NCBI GenBank assembly: GCA_963514005.1
Contig: CAUPSL010000303.1
Location: 1 to 64,000, forward strand
Source of the DNA: Raja brachyura
Taxonomy: Eukaryota
Direction: 5' to 3'
DNA: 64,000 nt
In this document: one piece after another, positions 51,601-64,000 of the stretch
Position numbering within the stretch: the stretch's first letter is position 1
How the letters are laid out: every line of letters begins with the position of its first letter
The notes under the pieces: generated by a model
Databases searched by the model: none
What the model was told of the DNA's origin: nothing
Seen by the model: the letters and a program-made list of their open reading frames with translations, nothing else
Position numbers and translations under genes: made by a program

Positions 51601-54600
51601 CTGGGGCACATTATTGACAATAATAAATAATTGACAAGTTACAAAATGAGGGCCAATTGGGGAGGGGACAAGCTTAAAATTGGCAGTATCTCCACTCTTC
51701 GTCAATAAGAGATAAAAAGGACCAGTCATTTGATTACAACATCTCTTTTTGCAGAGTGTGGTCATTCTCTGGCACTCTCGACCTCAGAGATTTGTGAAGA
51801 CAAAATCATTGGAAGTATTTAATGTGGCGGTAGTTAAATTTTGAAAGATTGGAGAATTGAGTGCAATGAAGAACTGGCACCGAACAGGAGTTGAGGCCTG
51901 AGCAACGTCAGCCATGGTCATATTGAATGGTGGGCAGGTTTGAGGACCAAATAGCTTCCTCGGAAACTTGATAACCGAGGAGAAAATCAGGCTTCTGAAT
52001 GATCGTTCCGTAAGCTAGGGTACGGTCCAATTGACCACTACTCCATTACAGACAGTGGACTTTGTTTATGGAACTATGTAGGAATGAACTGTAGATGCTG
52101 GTTTAAGCCGCAGATAGACACAAAATGCTAGAGTAACAAGACGGGTCAGGCAGCATCTCTGGAGAGAAGTCACGTTACGTGTTTAAACCCTTCTCTAATG
52201 GAACTGGTGTGCTACATTGCTGAGAACTATATGCTGCACTCTGTAACTTCCCCTTTGTTCTACCTACACTACGAGTTTTACTTGATCATATATATGTATC
52301 ATCAGGTATCTCATCAATTGGATAGCGTGCAAAACAAAGCTTTCCACTATACCTCAGTACATGGGCATCACAGTGGTGCAGCGGGAAAGTTGCTGCCTTA
52401 CAGTACCACAGACCCAATCCTGACAATGGGTACTGTCTATATGGAGTTCATATATTCTCCCTGTGACCACAGAAGTTTTTTGGCTTCTGTAAATTGCCCC
52501 TGGTGTGTTGGATAGAACTAATGTTTGGGTGGTCGTTAGTCAGCACGGGTTCAGTGGGCCAAAAGGCCTATTTTCATGATGTACCTCTAAACTAAACGTG
52601 AAAATAATAAACCTACCCCAGTGCCTAGACATAACAACACAAGAGAAGAAAGCACCTTGTGCTTCCTCTGCAGAGTTACTAATAAAAGACGATGGATTCT
52701 AACCACAATGTGTCAGTTTGATCATTCTTCCAACACTATCACTTGTGTTGTTATGTCTCTGGAACTAAGTGGTAGCTGCTCTTAACTGTTGTAGATGAAC
52801 TGTTTATGCTGAAGAATTCATGTAAAAAATCTAGAAAGGATAAAAAAAACAAGTGATTCCAACATGTTGAAAGATAATTGGCACTGATACGTAATGGGGT
52901 GTTACTGCGGCACAGTTCCAGTGACGACGGTTCGATCACAATCTTGAAACAGAAAACCTCAAACTGAGGCAGGCGCCTCTACTTCATCAATCCAGTGCTG
53001 TCATGACATCGTGTCTTACCATGCGAAAATTAGAAATTGGGTATTTCCTTGGGGCAAAAACAGACTTTTCAGAGACTTAGAAGCTGCAAGATAGTTCTGG
53101 AATGTGGTGGATTTCTGCGTACTGTTCCAGAAGAGGACGTTTTGTACTTGTGTACAGTATGACTAGACTGGAGAGAATGCAGAACAACCAGTTCACTGCC
53201 GATAGACACAAAAAGCTGGACTAACTCAGCGGCACAGGCAGCATCTCTAGAGAGAAGGGATGCGATGTCCAGTATCTGCCGTTCCATCTAAACCATTTCA
53301 CTGCATCCCTGCATGCATGAAACTAAACTGAGTTATATAAAATGCAGCTCATACTGCAGTATTCATGTTTGTCAGGCTGACGTGATTTTGCAGGTGGATA
53401 ACGTAACTGTAATGTTAAAAAAAACACAGAAAATCATGCAGGTGTAACTCAGTGGCGCAGGCAGCATCGAGTAGACATGGTTGCGTAATGTTTCAGCTTG
53501 GGATCCTTCTTCAGACTTATTGCATATGTTCATTCTTACTTCAACTTAACAGTTGAAATGACCAATTGTTTTTTCAACAGGGAATGCAACTCGTTGAATG
53601 TGAAATTGAGTTTGAAAGGCTGCAAAATGTCCAGGCAGTAGCTGAGTTGTTGGTCCTCAAGGTTACTTTGATCCTTGTTATCCTAGTGTAAGAGGTACAG
53701 ATGGATGGATCATGGTGGGTGTTCAATGGAGAATTAAAGTGGCAGGATTTAGTAATCTTAGAAGGCCCCATGGATTGAATGCAAGCCACTCAATTTGTTT
53801 CATTGATGCAATGCGGTAGATTACGTCATGAAAACCAAATGCAATAGATTTGACTGGAAGTGCAAGTGTTTCACGATGTTTCAATTTGGAGAACTGCCTG
53901 GGTCTATGGACAGTGGAAGGGAAGAGATAAATGGATAGATGTTGCATGCACCAAGACAGGAAAGTAGAGGAAATGTGCGGGGATAGTAGTGCAGAGCAAG
54001 GAGCGAAAAAGGGAATTACTATTTCAAAACTTAAAATGGGGATCAGAGCAGGAGGAGGGGAGGAAGAAATGGATTGGCTAATTGAATCAAATTGAAACTT
54101 GGAGGATGTATTCTCCATGGAGGCTGGAGGAGTGGAAAACGTATCCCTGCCCTGTCCAATGAGAATATATAGACCATAGAACAGTACAACACCAGAACAG
54201 GACTTTCAGCCTGTAATGTCCATGTCGAACAGGATACCAAGTTAAACTAAGGCAACACAGAGGCACGGTGATAGAGTGGCTGTCTTAGAGCATTCGAGAC
54301 CCGGGTTCGATCCTGAGTGCTGTCTGGATGGAGTTTGTACGTTCTCTCTGTCACCCTGTGGGTTTTCTCTGTGGGCGCCCAAATACAAAAGACATGCAGG
54401 TTAATTGGCTTTTGTAAATTGCCCCTAGCTTGTAGCACATTAACAGTGATTGGGCAATTGCTGGTCAGTGCAGACTCAGTGGCCCATATGTCCTGTTTCC
54501 ATACTCTATCTCTAAACTAAGTCAAAACTAATCTCCACTGCCGGCATGTCATCCATATCCTTGTATTCGCTGCATATCCTCTAGTGCTTCTACTCTGCGA

Positions 54601-57600
54601 CTGTGGAAAGCATCTTGTCCGGAAACATTACAATCTGGTTTGGGAATTGCTCTGCCCAGGACAAGAAGGCTCTGCAGAGAGTAGTGCGTTCGACCGAACG
54701 CTCTATGGCGACTTCTCTCGCCCCTCTGCAGGAACTATACATCAGAAGGTGCAACTCCAGATCCAATAAGATAATGGGAGACCCCTTCCACCCCTGCAAC
54801 AGACTGCTCCAGCTCTTATGGTCAGCCAAACGCCTCCGTTGCCATGCTGTGAGAACGGAGAGGATGAGAAGGAGTTTCTTCCCAGAGGCCATTCGGACTG
54901 TAAACTCCTATCTCACCAGGGACTAACTCTACTAGTTACTGTACCACAATACCGCCCACAATATTTAATATAAAAAAGAACATGTGATTCTGTTTGCAGT
55001 TTGTTGGTTGTTTGTTTGTTTGTATTTTGCACAAAGTCCGCAGGCACTGCCACTTTTCATTTCACTGCATATCCCGTATGTGTATGTGACGAATAAACTT
55101 GACTTGACTTGACTTGACTTGATATCCACGAGCCTGTCCAAAACCTTCTTAAGCACCATTATCATGTCCTCCTCTACCACCACTCCTGGTACCGTATTCT
55201 AGGTATCAAGCTCTCTCTGTGCAAAAAAACACTTCGCCTGCACATCTCGTGTAAATGCTGCCCTTCGAAGCTTAACGCTATGCTCTATAGAGATCTGTGA
55301 TAGAGATGCAATTCCATTAGGGGCCGTCAACTGTGATCAAGAAGATCGATGGTTAACTAATATGAAATACATCAATTACACTTTCTCCCTGTCAAACAGG
55401 GATGTAATGCTGAGGTTCTATAAGGAACCGGTCAAGCCACATTTGGAGCAGTGTGTGCAATTTTGGGCACCATATCTGAGGAAGGATGTGCTGGCTCTGG
55501 AGAGGGTCCAGAGGAGGTGTACAAGAATGTTCCCAGGAATGAATGTGTTGACATATGATGAACATTTGATGGCAGTGAACCTGTACTCGCTGGATTTTGG
55601 AAGAATAAGGGGGGACCTCATTGAATCATACCAAATAGTGAAAGACTTGGATAGAGTGGATGTAGAGAGGATGTCTCCACTGGTGGGAGACTCTACGACT
55701 AGAGGTCATTGTCTCAATATGAAAATACATTCACTTAGGAAAGAGATGAGGTGGAATTGATTTTGTCAGTGGGTGGTGATCCTGTGGAATTGTTTGGCAC
55801 AGAAGGCTTTGGGATCCGTCAATGGATATTTTAAGGCACAGATGGATTCTTGATTATTATGCATGTCAGGGGTTATGGGGAGAAGGCAGGAGAATGGGGT
55901 TAGGATTGAGAGATAGATCAGCCCTGATTGAATGGCGGAGTAGACTTGATAGGCCGAATGTTCTAATGCTGCATCTATCACTTATGACCTTATGAATCAG
56001 TTGGCTTCCTCCATGCGCTCCAGTTTTGTCCCATGTACCAAGGACATGCCAGTGAGTTAGTTGGACATTGCAAATTATCTGCAGTGGAGCTGAATGAATG
56101 GAGAATCCGAGGAAACGCAGTGCGGGTTGTGCGAGAGCGCTGTGTAACAGTTTGTCAACATTTCATAGAAAACTAGCACAGACTCAATGGGCCGAATTTC
56201 CTTCTGTCATGATTAGGTCAGAGATAATATTACTCATTGCCTCAAAAAGAGTGAAATATTATTAAGTGCCTACCATCACAAAACAACATCCTTTGTTCTG
56301 AACTCACCTTCTCTGGTCAGGTATGTCTTTCCAATTGCATAGTATTTATGCCATAGATCCACACAGTCATTTTCTAACAAGCTCTTGGAATAACGGTTCA
56401 TTTTTTCATTCTTGTCCCATTTCTCTTTGAAGGGCTCAGCTATTGGATCATGCACCATCCACTTTAGTTTGTCCTTATCAAAACTAACTGCATATCTTCC
56501 ATCAAAAGCCAACTTCAATATCCCTACATTGGGACTGTGATCGTTCACCGCACAACCAAACTGTCCTTGAACATAATGATAATCTGAAAGAAAAACAAAA
56601 TAATTATTTGATTAATTGTTATGACGGGGTCCAAGTCATTTATATATGTCACAAGTAGCAAGTGTCACAACACAGACCCTTGCAGAACTCCACTTGTCAC
56701 TGAACTACAGCCTGAATATTCGGCCTTCCGTGCAACTGTAGAAACCATATTATTGTACGGGTGTGAGGCATGGACTCTCACTCCAGCACTGTCAGAATAG
56801 TTCAAAATGTCAGTTGGAGGGACCACATGACCAACACCCAGCTCCATGGGGAGACTCCATCTCTGGCCGAGAAGATCACGTTGGGAAGGATGAGGCTCAC
56901 AGGTCAGTGGCACCGTCACCAAGAAATGCCAGCAAACAAGATTTTGGTGTGGGAACCCACCCATGGAAGACTTGACAAGGGATGGCCAATCAAGACGCTA
57001 CTGAAGACGTTGATGGAAGACCCATCTGTAGAGATAAAAGAGGAGCTTGCCAGCTGCATTGAGGACAGGGATGCGTGGTGCGTCCGTCACCGTGCCCGTC
57101 GGAAACCAGCACCACTGCGTAGCTAATGTTTTCAATGATTATTATTATTATTAGTATTGTCCACTACACCGCTCTGCCCTGGGAGTTTATCCACATTTCC
57201 CTTCAAGTGACCCAACATTTCCTTCTTGCTTAACTTCAAAGTGCCCCTGCGTGTTAACATTCTCCACACTGATTCTCCATGTGGAAGAAAGAACTGCAGA
57301 TGCTGCAGATGTTAAAATCGACGGTGGACACTAATTGCTGGAGTAACTCTGCGGGACAGGCATCTTCTCTGGAGAGAAGGAATGGGCGTTATTTTGGGGC
57401 GAGACCCTTCTTCAGACTGATGTCAGGGGAGGGACGAAGATAGAATGTAGGCAGAGACAGGATGACTGGTGGGAGAATTGGGAAGGGGGAGGGAATGAAG
57501 AGAGAAATCAAGGGCAGTCGAAAGTTATAGATGTTAATGTTCATACCGCTGGAGTGTAGACTGCCCACGCGAAATACGAGGTGCTGTTCCTCCAATTTGT

Positions 57601-60600
57601 GCTGGGCCTCACTCTGACAATGGAGGAGGCCCAGGACAGAAAGGTTAGATCGGGAATGGGAGGGGGAGTTGAAATGCTGGTCCACCGGGAGATCACGTAG
57701 GATTAGACGGACTGAGCGGAGGTGTTCAGCAAAACGATCTTGGTCTCGCTGATGTAGAGCAGTTGACAACTGAAACAGCAGATTCAGTATATGAGGTTGC
57801 AGGAGGAGCGAGTAAACCTCTGCCTCACCTGGAAAGACTTTAAGTCCTCAGACGGAGTGGAGGGGGGACGTAAATGGACAGGAGTTGCATCTCCTGCGGT
57901 TGCAGGGCAAAGTATCAGGGGAGGGGGTGGTTTGGGTGGGAAGCGACGAGTTGACCAGGGAGTTTCCGAGGGAACGGTCTCTGCGGAAAGCAGAAAGAGA
58001 TGGAGATGGGAAGATGTGACTAGTAGTGGGATCCCGTTGGAGGTGGCAAAAATTTTGGAGGGTTTTATGATGTACTTACTGTTAATAGCCCTTATTATTC
58101 TCCATGTCTCCCTTAGTGAAACCAAAGCTCGTCTACATCCACATATTCCGTTCTATGTCCCTAAGCAACCCACCTTTTGCCTCAATGGTTGCCTCCCCAA
58201 CAGTATGTCTGTCCCTTCCTTCTTTGTGTCTGTTTTGCATGTGTTAAATGTATGTTCTTTACTGTTCTTTAGCTTGTTTTGGGGGGCGCCGGGCAGTTGT
58301 GGGAAACGTTTCCTAATTTCTTACCTCGACGTAGATGCGATATTTTCCATATCGTATCTCCATCCACACTGCAGCCCAACATTGAGGAATGGTGGCATTT
58401 GCTAGAGATCGACCGGTTGGAGGGGCTAGTTGAAGGTGGTCGCCGGATGTTGCAGGTAGCGGAAGGTAAGACTTTTTTTCACCCAGTTTTATTCCACCAT
58501 GGAGGTTTTACCTTCCACTACCTGCAACCGGCAACCACCTTCAACTAGCATCGCAACTGGCTTCGACTAAACAATTACCGATTTTTAAAACGGCAACCTA
58601 TTTTTAGTCGTGGCCGGTGCTGAACATTTTGAAATAATCGCCGGAACATAGAAGAAGCGGAAAACACTTTCAACCATTAGGGAGACTGACAAAAACCTCC
58701 GGGAATCGCATGGAAACCTTAGGTGGGGCGCAAAGTCTCCAGAGGTTTCCGTTCAGGTTTCCTAAGTGGGACAGGGGCATTAAGCTAACACAAACATTTG
58801 GAAACAGGTCACCAAGTCATTACTCTGTTAACAACTTCAACAGATCTAATGGTTTTAACTTCATTTATAAAATTCATCCTCCACTAATACACACACGCAG
58901 ACATGATAATATCCTAGTTAATAATGGAATATTTTGTGTATTTTATTAAGTAAAGATTAATTTGGGTTTTGGGTTCTGAGTAAATGAAAGCTTTGAAATT
59001 TGGGTTCTGTAGAAGGGCTGGGTAATCAGGATATTGGAGGCCAACATTCAAACTACATCCTAGCTGCAGGTTACATAAAAAGCTGGAGAAACGCAGCGGA
59101 TGAAGCAGCATCTAAGGAGCGAATGAGATGGGGACGTTTCGGGTCGAGACCCTTCTTCAGACTCAGGATGTGGTCGTAGAGTTGGAGGAAAAGGGGTATC
59201 ACAGAGGGGGAGCATTTAGAGAGGAGGTTGTGAAACTCTCTTCGTAGGGAGGAGGAGAACTTCTTCAAAGTAGGCATACCTTGAGGAGATATCGCAGTGG
59301 AGTAGACAGAGTGTTAAAGAAGGAACTGCAGATGCTGGAGAACCGAGGGTTACACAAAAAGCTGGAGAAACTCAGTGGGTGCAGCAACATCTAAGGTGCT
59401 TCCAGTTGTGCCCAACTGGATCCATCCAAGCTGCTTCCAGTTGTCCCCAAGCAAAATATATTGACAATTGTGAGAGGGGATGTACTTGCCGAGACGGTTC
59501 AGGCTTCTGTAAATACAAGCCTTGGGAGATGATGAGCTTCCTGAGAAATTGGAATTCTCTGCTAGCAGGAACTTCTGTGGGTAGCTGACAATTAAGATTA
59601 TATTGTTAAGGCAGAATTGTAAACGTTGTGTTTCTTGACTAACTTCCGGCTTTCGAATGTTTGTGATCAGCAGTTTTATGCTTGAAAGAAACACAGGATG
59701 GCAAGATTATTGTAGCAGCGACAAGCATGCTTTGAATGTGATTTATATGTTAGACGTCATCGCTGCAACTCTGTATGAACATGTGACTGTTTCCAAAACA
59801 GTATAAAAGATGCTGTATGTCTGCATTCATTGGAGTGGTGGCCTGGGAGGAGTTAAGTATCTGCTGTATGCTTGACTTTGGATCTCCTAGCACCTTCTAG
59901 CTAAATTATCATTAAAGCTTGTATCGGTTTAACCTAACTTATTGTAATTTGTCTGTTTTAAGAAAATTAACTTTAACAGACACACTGACTCACCTACTTA
60001 CACACACACACTCACTCACACCCACCCACTCACACCCACCCACTCACATTGACCTACCCGTCACCCACACCCAGGCTCGGACACTGAAACAGCCGCCGCT
60101 GCCGACTCTCATTACCTCCGCAGGCATGGCCACCGCAGCCACTGTCGCCGACCTTCACTGTCTTCAGAAAGCCACCGATGCTGCTGCCCTTATCTCTACT
60201 CCAGCTCCCCAAGGGCCTCCACCAGCGACTCCGCCGACCGGACCCTCGCCTCTCCACCGGCCAACAGCGGGCCAGAGCCGTCACCTCACCAGAGTTCACG
60301 GCTCAGCACCAAGCCCACAACGTCCACCATGCAGACAGCACATGGTATGGATCTGCTGGGTCCTAGTGGATGGGTCCGACAGTAGTGATGACTCTGGGGT
60401 GCCCAAAATGCTGGAGAAACTCAGCGGGTGCAGCAGCATCTATGGAGCGAAGGACATATGCGATGTTTCAGGCCGAAACCCGCGCCTGAGTTTCTGCAGC
60501 ATTTTGTGTACCCTCGATTTTCCAGCATCTGCAGTTCCTTATTTAACAAGTAGTGATGACTGCTGGGTCCTAGTGCTCCCCCTCTACAGGGAAGACCCAT

Positions 60601-63281
60601 CAGTAGTGACGACTCTGCTGGGTCCTAGTGCCCTACCTCCTACAGGGAAAACCCATCAGTAGTGATAACTCTGCTAGGTCCCAGTGCGCCCTTCCCCACC
60701 CCACATGGAAGATCCATCAGTAGTGATGACTCCCTTGCGTCCTAGTGCTCCCCCCTCTCCTACAGGGAAGACCCATGTTGTAATGGGTCTTCCCCTTCCC
60801 CCTCTTTTAATCAGATTACCTTGACCACCCACCCGCCAGTTAAAATTCCCTGTTTTATTATGGATCACAATTCTACGAATTACAATATATAAAACTCTGA
60901 AGGCACAAAATGTGAATGCTCGTCTTCACAAAATATATCCAAACATTTTCTGAGATTTCAGGGAATTCCCGTCCCCCTCCTTTGGTTCCCGGGTACGATG
61001 TACCCCCTGCACCCCCCCCCCCCCCTCCCAATTTTCTTCACTCCATAGATGCTGCCTCACCCGCTAAGTTTCTCCGGCACTTTTGTCTACCTATGCATGT
61101 CCCTGTCCATGTGTCTTTTAAATATTGTTATTGTAGCTGCCGCAACTCCATTCTCTGGCAGGTCCTTCCATATGCTGACCATTCTCTGAGCAGAAAGATT
61201 GCCCCCTAGGTTACAATTAAATCTTCCTCCTCTCACACTAAACCCATGTCCTCTGGTAATTTATTCCCCTTTTGCGCTGCATGGAACAATAATAAACGTA
61301 ATTCACATGTATTCACATATAATTTGAAAATAATAATAAATATTGCAAGATATGGAAAATTGATAGAAATTATGCCCAGTGCATTTTTTAAAGTGTTGTT
61401 CCCTGTTGATACCCTCACCCTGTTTTAGTTCAGTTAAAGATGAATAATATACTTTGTTTAAAGTGTAACCAAAGAGGTAACATAATGCAATGTTTTAAGA
61501 AATAATTAATCATGAATGAATGACACTTTATTGTGACATGTGACAAGTCACAATGAAATTCTTTGTTTAGCAAACCCAACGTATGCAAAGCTTCTTCACA
61601 TAAAGGGCACCGGCAAAGTTATAAAGTTTCCCACACCAGGTCCTCCTTTGTCCCCCCCCCCCCACCTCACGATGGTTCCCTCACTTTGTTCAATGGCGCA
61701 CCACAAATGTCATTGGATTAACAGAGTATTGGTGATAGGACTTATTGACTTACAATATAAAACATGTCCAATGGCAAATTATATGGATGTACAAGCGTGG
61801 TGCAGATGGAGTTGGACAGCCTACTTAGCAGTTGCTGCCCATGATAATTTAGAGGTACTGCACGAAAACAGCCCTTCGAGTCCACACTGACCAGTGATCC
61901 CCCGTACTCTAGCACTATCCTATACACTACGGACAATTTATAATCTTTGCCAGTCGATTAACTTACAAACCAGTAGGCCTTTGATATACAGGTTTGGAGT
62001 GTGGGAGGAAATCGGAGCACCCGGGGAAAACCCACGCAAGTCACAGGGAGTACGTACAAACTCTCTACAGACAGCACCTGAGGCCAGGATCAACCCTGGG
62101 TCTTTGGCACTATGGCAGCAAAACTACCGCCGAAGCACAATGCCCCTTAGGTTATCCTCTAAACACTTTCCACACTTTTCTCTAAAAATTTGTCAATAAA
62201 ATTAAAAAACAATTGATGAGCTACGCAAGGGATTTTAACCATTCAAAAAGCCACCAACATTTCAATGATTTGTAAAATGCTGGAAACACAGCAAGTTCAA
62301 CACAACCTATGGAAAGAGAAACAAATTAATGCTTCAGAATTGTGAAAATGTGTAAGTTACCGACAGGAGTGGGAGGCATGGTTGGACATAGGGAGTATCA
62401 CTGATAGGGTCATGCCATGTTTCCATGGTGATAAACTGACAATTAAGCCATCAGACAATGGCATTTTTGGTTTTTATTTCACATTTGCAGCATCTGCAGT
62501 TCTTAGGTAAGTGACTCAGCATGGAAACGGGCCATTCGCCCCATCAAGTCAATGCGAACCATCGATCATCTTTCACACTAGTTCTATGTTATCCGAAAAT
62601 GGACACAAAATGCTGGAGTAAGTCAGGGGAAGCACTCTGGCTGAGGAAGGGTCTTGACCTGAAAAGTCATCCATTCCTTCTATCCAGAGATGCTGCCTGC
62701 CCCGCTGAGTTACTCCAGCACCTTGTGCCTATCCTTGCTCTAAACCAGCATGTCCAGTTCCTTCCTACACATCTATGTTATCCCACTTTCTCACCCATTC
62801 GCAGCACACAAGAGTAATTTACAGAGTCCAATTAACCTATACACTCTCACATTTTCAAGATGTGGGACGAAACCGGAGCACCTGCAGGAAATATCTGTGG
62901 TCACAGGGAGAAAATGTAGTCGGGATCAAACCTGGATCTCTGGCACAGCGAGAAATTTATTCGAGATGTGTTTCATTAACATTGATCACACTCCAAATGT
63001 ATCGAAATTAATCAACTAACTTGATGTCTGGTTCTGCCTCCGTATCCATTCATCGGCTTGTCCATTGATGATTCCATGGAAACCATTTTCGGAAACCGTA
63101 TTTGTTACCCAGTAACTCCTGTCAAATGTAGCTGCCATCCATTTCTGTCTTGGGACTGTAATGGCCATGTTTTTGTCATAATACTGTATCTCACAACCAT
63201 CCAGAACACCCACCACACTATATTCTGGTAGATGAGTACTCCCGTGGTTCAGGGTGTAGTAATAGATCAGTGTGTGAGGCC
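48553..63281 (-). CDS. Non-classical MHC class I heavy chain (partial: alpha1, alpha2, alpha3 and TM exons; leader and cytoplasmic exons not identified)
   Basis: Four open exons with AG/GT boundaries joined in phase 1 (261, 276, 267 and 107 bp). Confidence 0.92.
49790..50460 (-). mobile_element. Rex1/Babar-like LINE fragment, degenerate
   Basis: Minus-strand remnants such as LPTIDSIYTR; HLYFLRRL-like segment at ~50340-50365. Confidence 0.6.
50805..51071 (-). CDS. MHC class I alpha3 (C1-set Ig) exon
   Basis: (V)SPEVTLAARPDDHSVLYCTVFGFYPPAINVSWLQNG..NDGTY..YSCHVDHSSL..IIW; TAG acceptor and GTAAGA donor. Confidence 0.95.
54262..54530 (+). mobile_element. V-SINE (HE1-like)
   Basis: GAGACCCGGGTTCGATCC B box and V core. 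Confidence 0.75.
54590..55121 (+). mobile_element. Rex1/Babar LINE 3' end
   Basis: ESILSGNITIWFGNCSAQDKKALQRVVR..DPFHP..RSFFPEAIR; AATAAA followed by a (CTTGA)n tail. Confidence 0.85.
55395..55990 (+). mobile_element. CR1 LINE 3' end
   Basis: KPHLEQCVQFWAPYLRKDVLALERVQRR..RGDLIE..TRGH and a CR1 tail. Confidence 0.88.
56308..56583 (-). CDS. MHC class I alpha2 exon
   Basis: 276 bp; (N)YHYVQGQFGCAV..AFDG..KEKWD..LLENDCVDLWHKYYAIGK; C101/C164 pair; TTTCAG acceptor and GTGAGT donor. Confidence 0.95.
56700..57152 (+). mobile_element. RTE-X-like LINE 3' fragment
   Basis: FRATVETILLYGCEAWTLT; WRDHMTN..RMRL.G..HRH..ILVWEPTHG; (ATT)n tail. Confidence 0.75.
57285..58050 (-). mobile_element. Penelope-like 3' fragment (GIY-YIG region and tail)
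   Basis: FQVRQRFT, RFAEHLRSV, HFNSPSH, KLEEQHLVFRVGSL; homologous to 5100-5890. Confidence 0.85.
58390..58780. mobile_element. Truncated MITE (possibly PIF/Harbinger-like) with an internal palindrome
   Basis: Inverted arms ~58425-58472 and 58505-58549; terminal AAGTGGGACAGGGGC followed by ATTAA. Confidence 0.45.
59133..59162 (-). ncRNA. Minimal hammerhead ribozyme-like core in a Penelope-derived tail
   Basis: Minus strand reads CTGAAGA-A-GGGTCTCGACCC-GAAAC-GTC. Confidence 0.55.
59400..59978 (+). mobile_element. Possible LTR remnant
   Basis: TATAAAA at ~59802, ATTAAA at ~59911, ends ..TTAACA; no target-site duplication found. Confidence 0.3.
60551..60794 (+). repeat. Minisatellite, four units of ~53-61 bp, ending in a 12-bp hairpin
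   Basis: TAGTGATGACT(CT)GCTGGGTCCTAGTG..TACAGGGAAGACCCATCAG x4; GGGAAGACCCAT and ATGGGTCTTCCC inverted pair. Confidence 0.85.
61880..62145 (-). mobile_element. V-SINE (HE1-like)
   Basis: GTGGGAGGAAATCGGAGCACCCGGGGAAAACCCACGC is the reverse complement of the V core. Confidence 0.75.
63021..63281 (-). CDS. MHC class I alpha1 exon
   Basis: 261 bp; GPHTLIYYYT..LPEYSVVGVLDGCEIQYYD..PRQKWM..SYWVTNT..RRQNQTS; TCTAG acceptor and GTTAGT donor; N86 sequon NQT. Confidence 0.93.
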
Positions 63282-63294
63282 CTAGACACAAATA

Positions 63295-63386
63295 AAATAT
63301 TACAATTATTGTCAAGTAATGGACATTTCTATGGATAGGAAAATATTACAATTATTGTCAAGTAATAGACATTTCTATGGATAGGA
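63295..63386. repeat. 46-bp tandem duplication
   Basis: AAATATTACAATTATTGTCAAGTAAT(G/A)GACATTTCTATGGATAGGA x2. Confidence 0.92.
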
Positions 63387-63679
63387 AAGGCTTGAAGGGA
63401 AATCAGCAAAACACCAATCGGATTTACATTGCACTAAACATGACACCCTATGTCCTGTATCTATACATTGTGAACGGCTTCATTGTAATGTCATCTTTTC
63501 ACTGACTGGACAGCACACAAGAAACATTTTCACTGCAAAACAGTACACGTCACATTAATAATAAATTAAATTAAGCTAAAATGTAGGCAGGTGGGTCAAG
63601 GATAGATGGGGCACCTTCGCCGGCATTGATAAGCTGGGCCTGTTTCTACGCTGAATGATTCTAAATGTCAAGTTTACTT

Positions 63680-63980
63680 CAATTAGTTTAGTTTAGAGAT
63701 ACAGCATGGAAACAGGCCCTTCAGCACGAGTCTGCACAGATCCCCGCACGTTAACACTATCCTAAACACGAAGGACAATTTACATTTATATCAAGCCTAA
63801 TAACCTACAAACCTGTACGTCTTTGGAGTGTTGGAGGAAACTGATAATCTTGGAGAAAACCCACACTGGTCATGGGGAGAACGTACAAACTCCCTACAGA
63901 CAGCACCCATTGTCAGGATTGGTCCTGGGGCTCTGGCACTTTAAGGCAGCAACTCTACCAATGCCCCACTGTGCTGCCCT
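63680..63980 (-). mobile_element. V-SINE (HE1-like)
   Basis: (TTTAG)n tail, GGAGAAAACCCAC..GGGAGAACGTACAAACTCC core. Confidence 0.78.
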
Positions 63981-64000
63981 TACTGATCAACATTTGGAAT

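Noticed and set aside
59919-60662. 247-aa ORF as a host gene
   Set aside because: It is stitched from an LTR-like end, a CA-rich tract, a Penelope tail and a minisatellite, with no recognisable domain.
60551-60776. CRISPR-like repeat/spacer array
   Set aside because: Units are wholly homologous with no unique spacers, there are no cas genes, and the context is vertebrate.

Overview
Eukaryotic genomic DNA, very probably from a cartilaginous fish (shark, skate or ray). This is inferred from V-SINE/HE1-type SINEs, CR1 and Penelope repeats, and the gene families present. The window is repeat-dense and has four assembly gaps. Host genes, reconstructed by hand from splice signals: (1) a decayed TRIM gene (RING, B-box, coiled-coil) on + at 2838-17801, with no B30.2 exon visible; (2) a two-exon GPR139/GPR142-like GPCR pseudogene (7423-10797) lying between those TRIM exons; (3) an intact two-exon paralogous GPCR (26277-30427, 335 aa); (4) a divergent, apparently intact, non-classical MHC class I heavy-chain gene on the minus strand (alpha1 63021-63281, alpha2 56308-56583, alpha3 50805-51071, TM 48553-48659; leader exon not found, probably beyond the window). 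Mobile DNA includes a structurally complete DIRS tyrosine-recombinase retrotransposon (37819-42605) with ITRs, ICR, ATT junctions, gag, RT/RNaseH/methyltransferase and YR. Also present are Penelope elements with hammerhead-like tails, Tx1, CR1, L2-like, Rex1 and RTE-X LINE fragments, SINEs and MITEs. The best leads are a predicted in-frame splice that would give the ATG-less DIRS recombinase a start codon and basic leader, the non-classical class I gene, and the linkage of TRIM, GPR139-like and class I genes. No database search was possible, so repeat family names are pattern-based.
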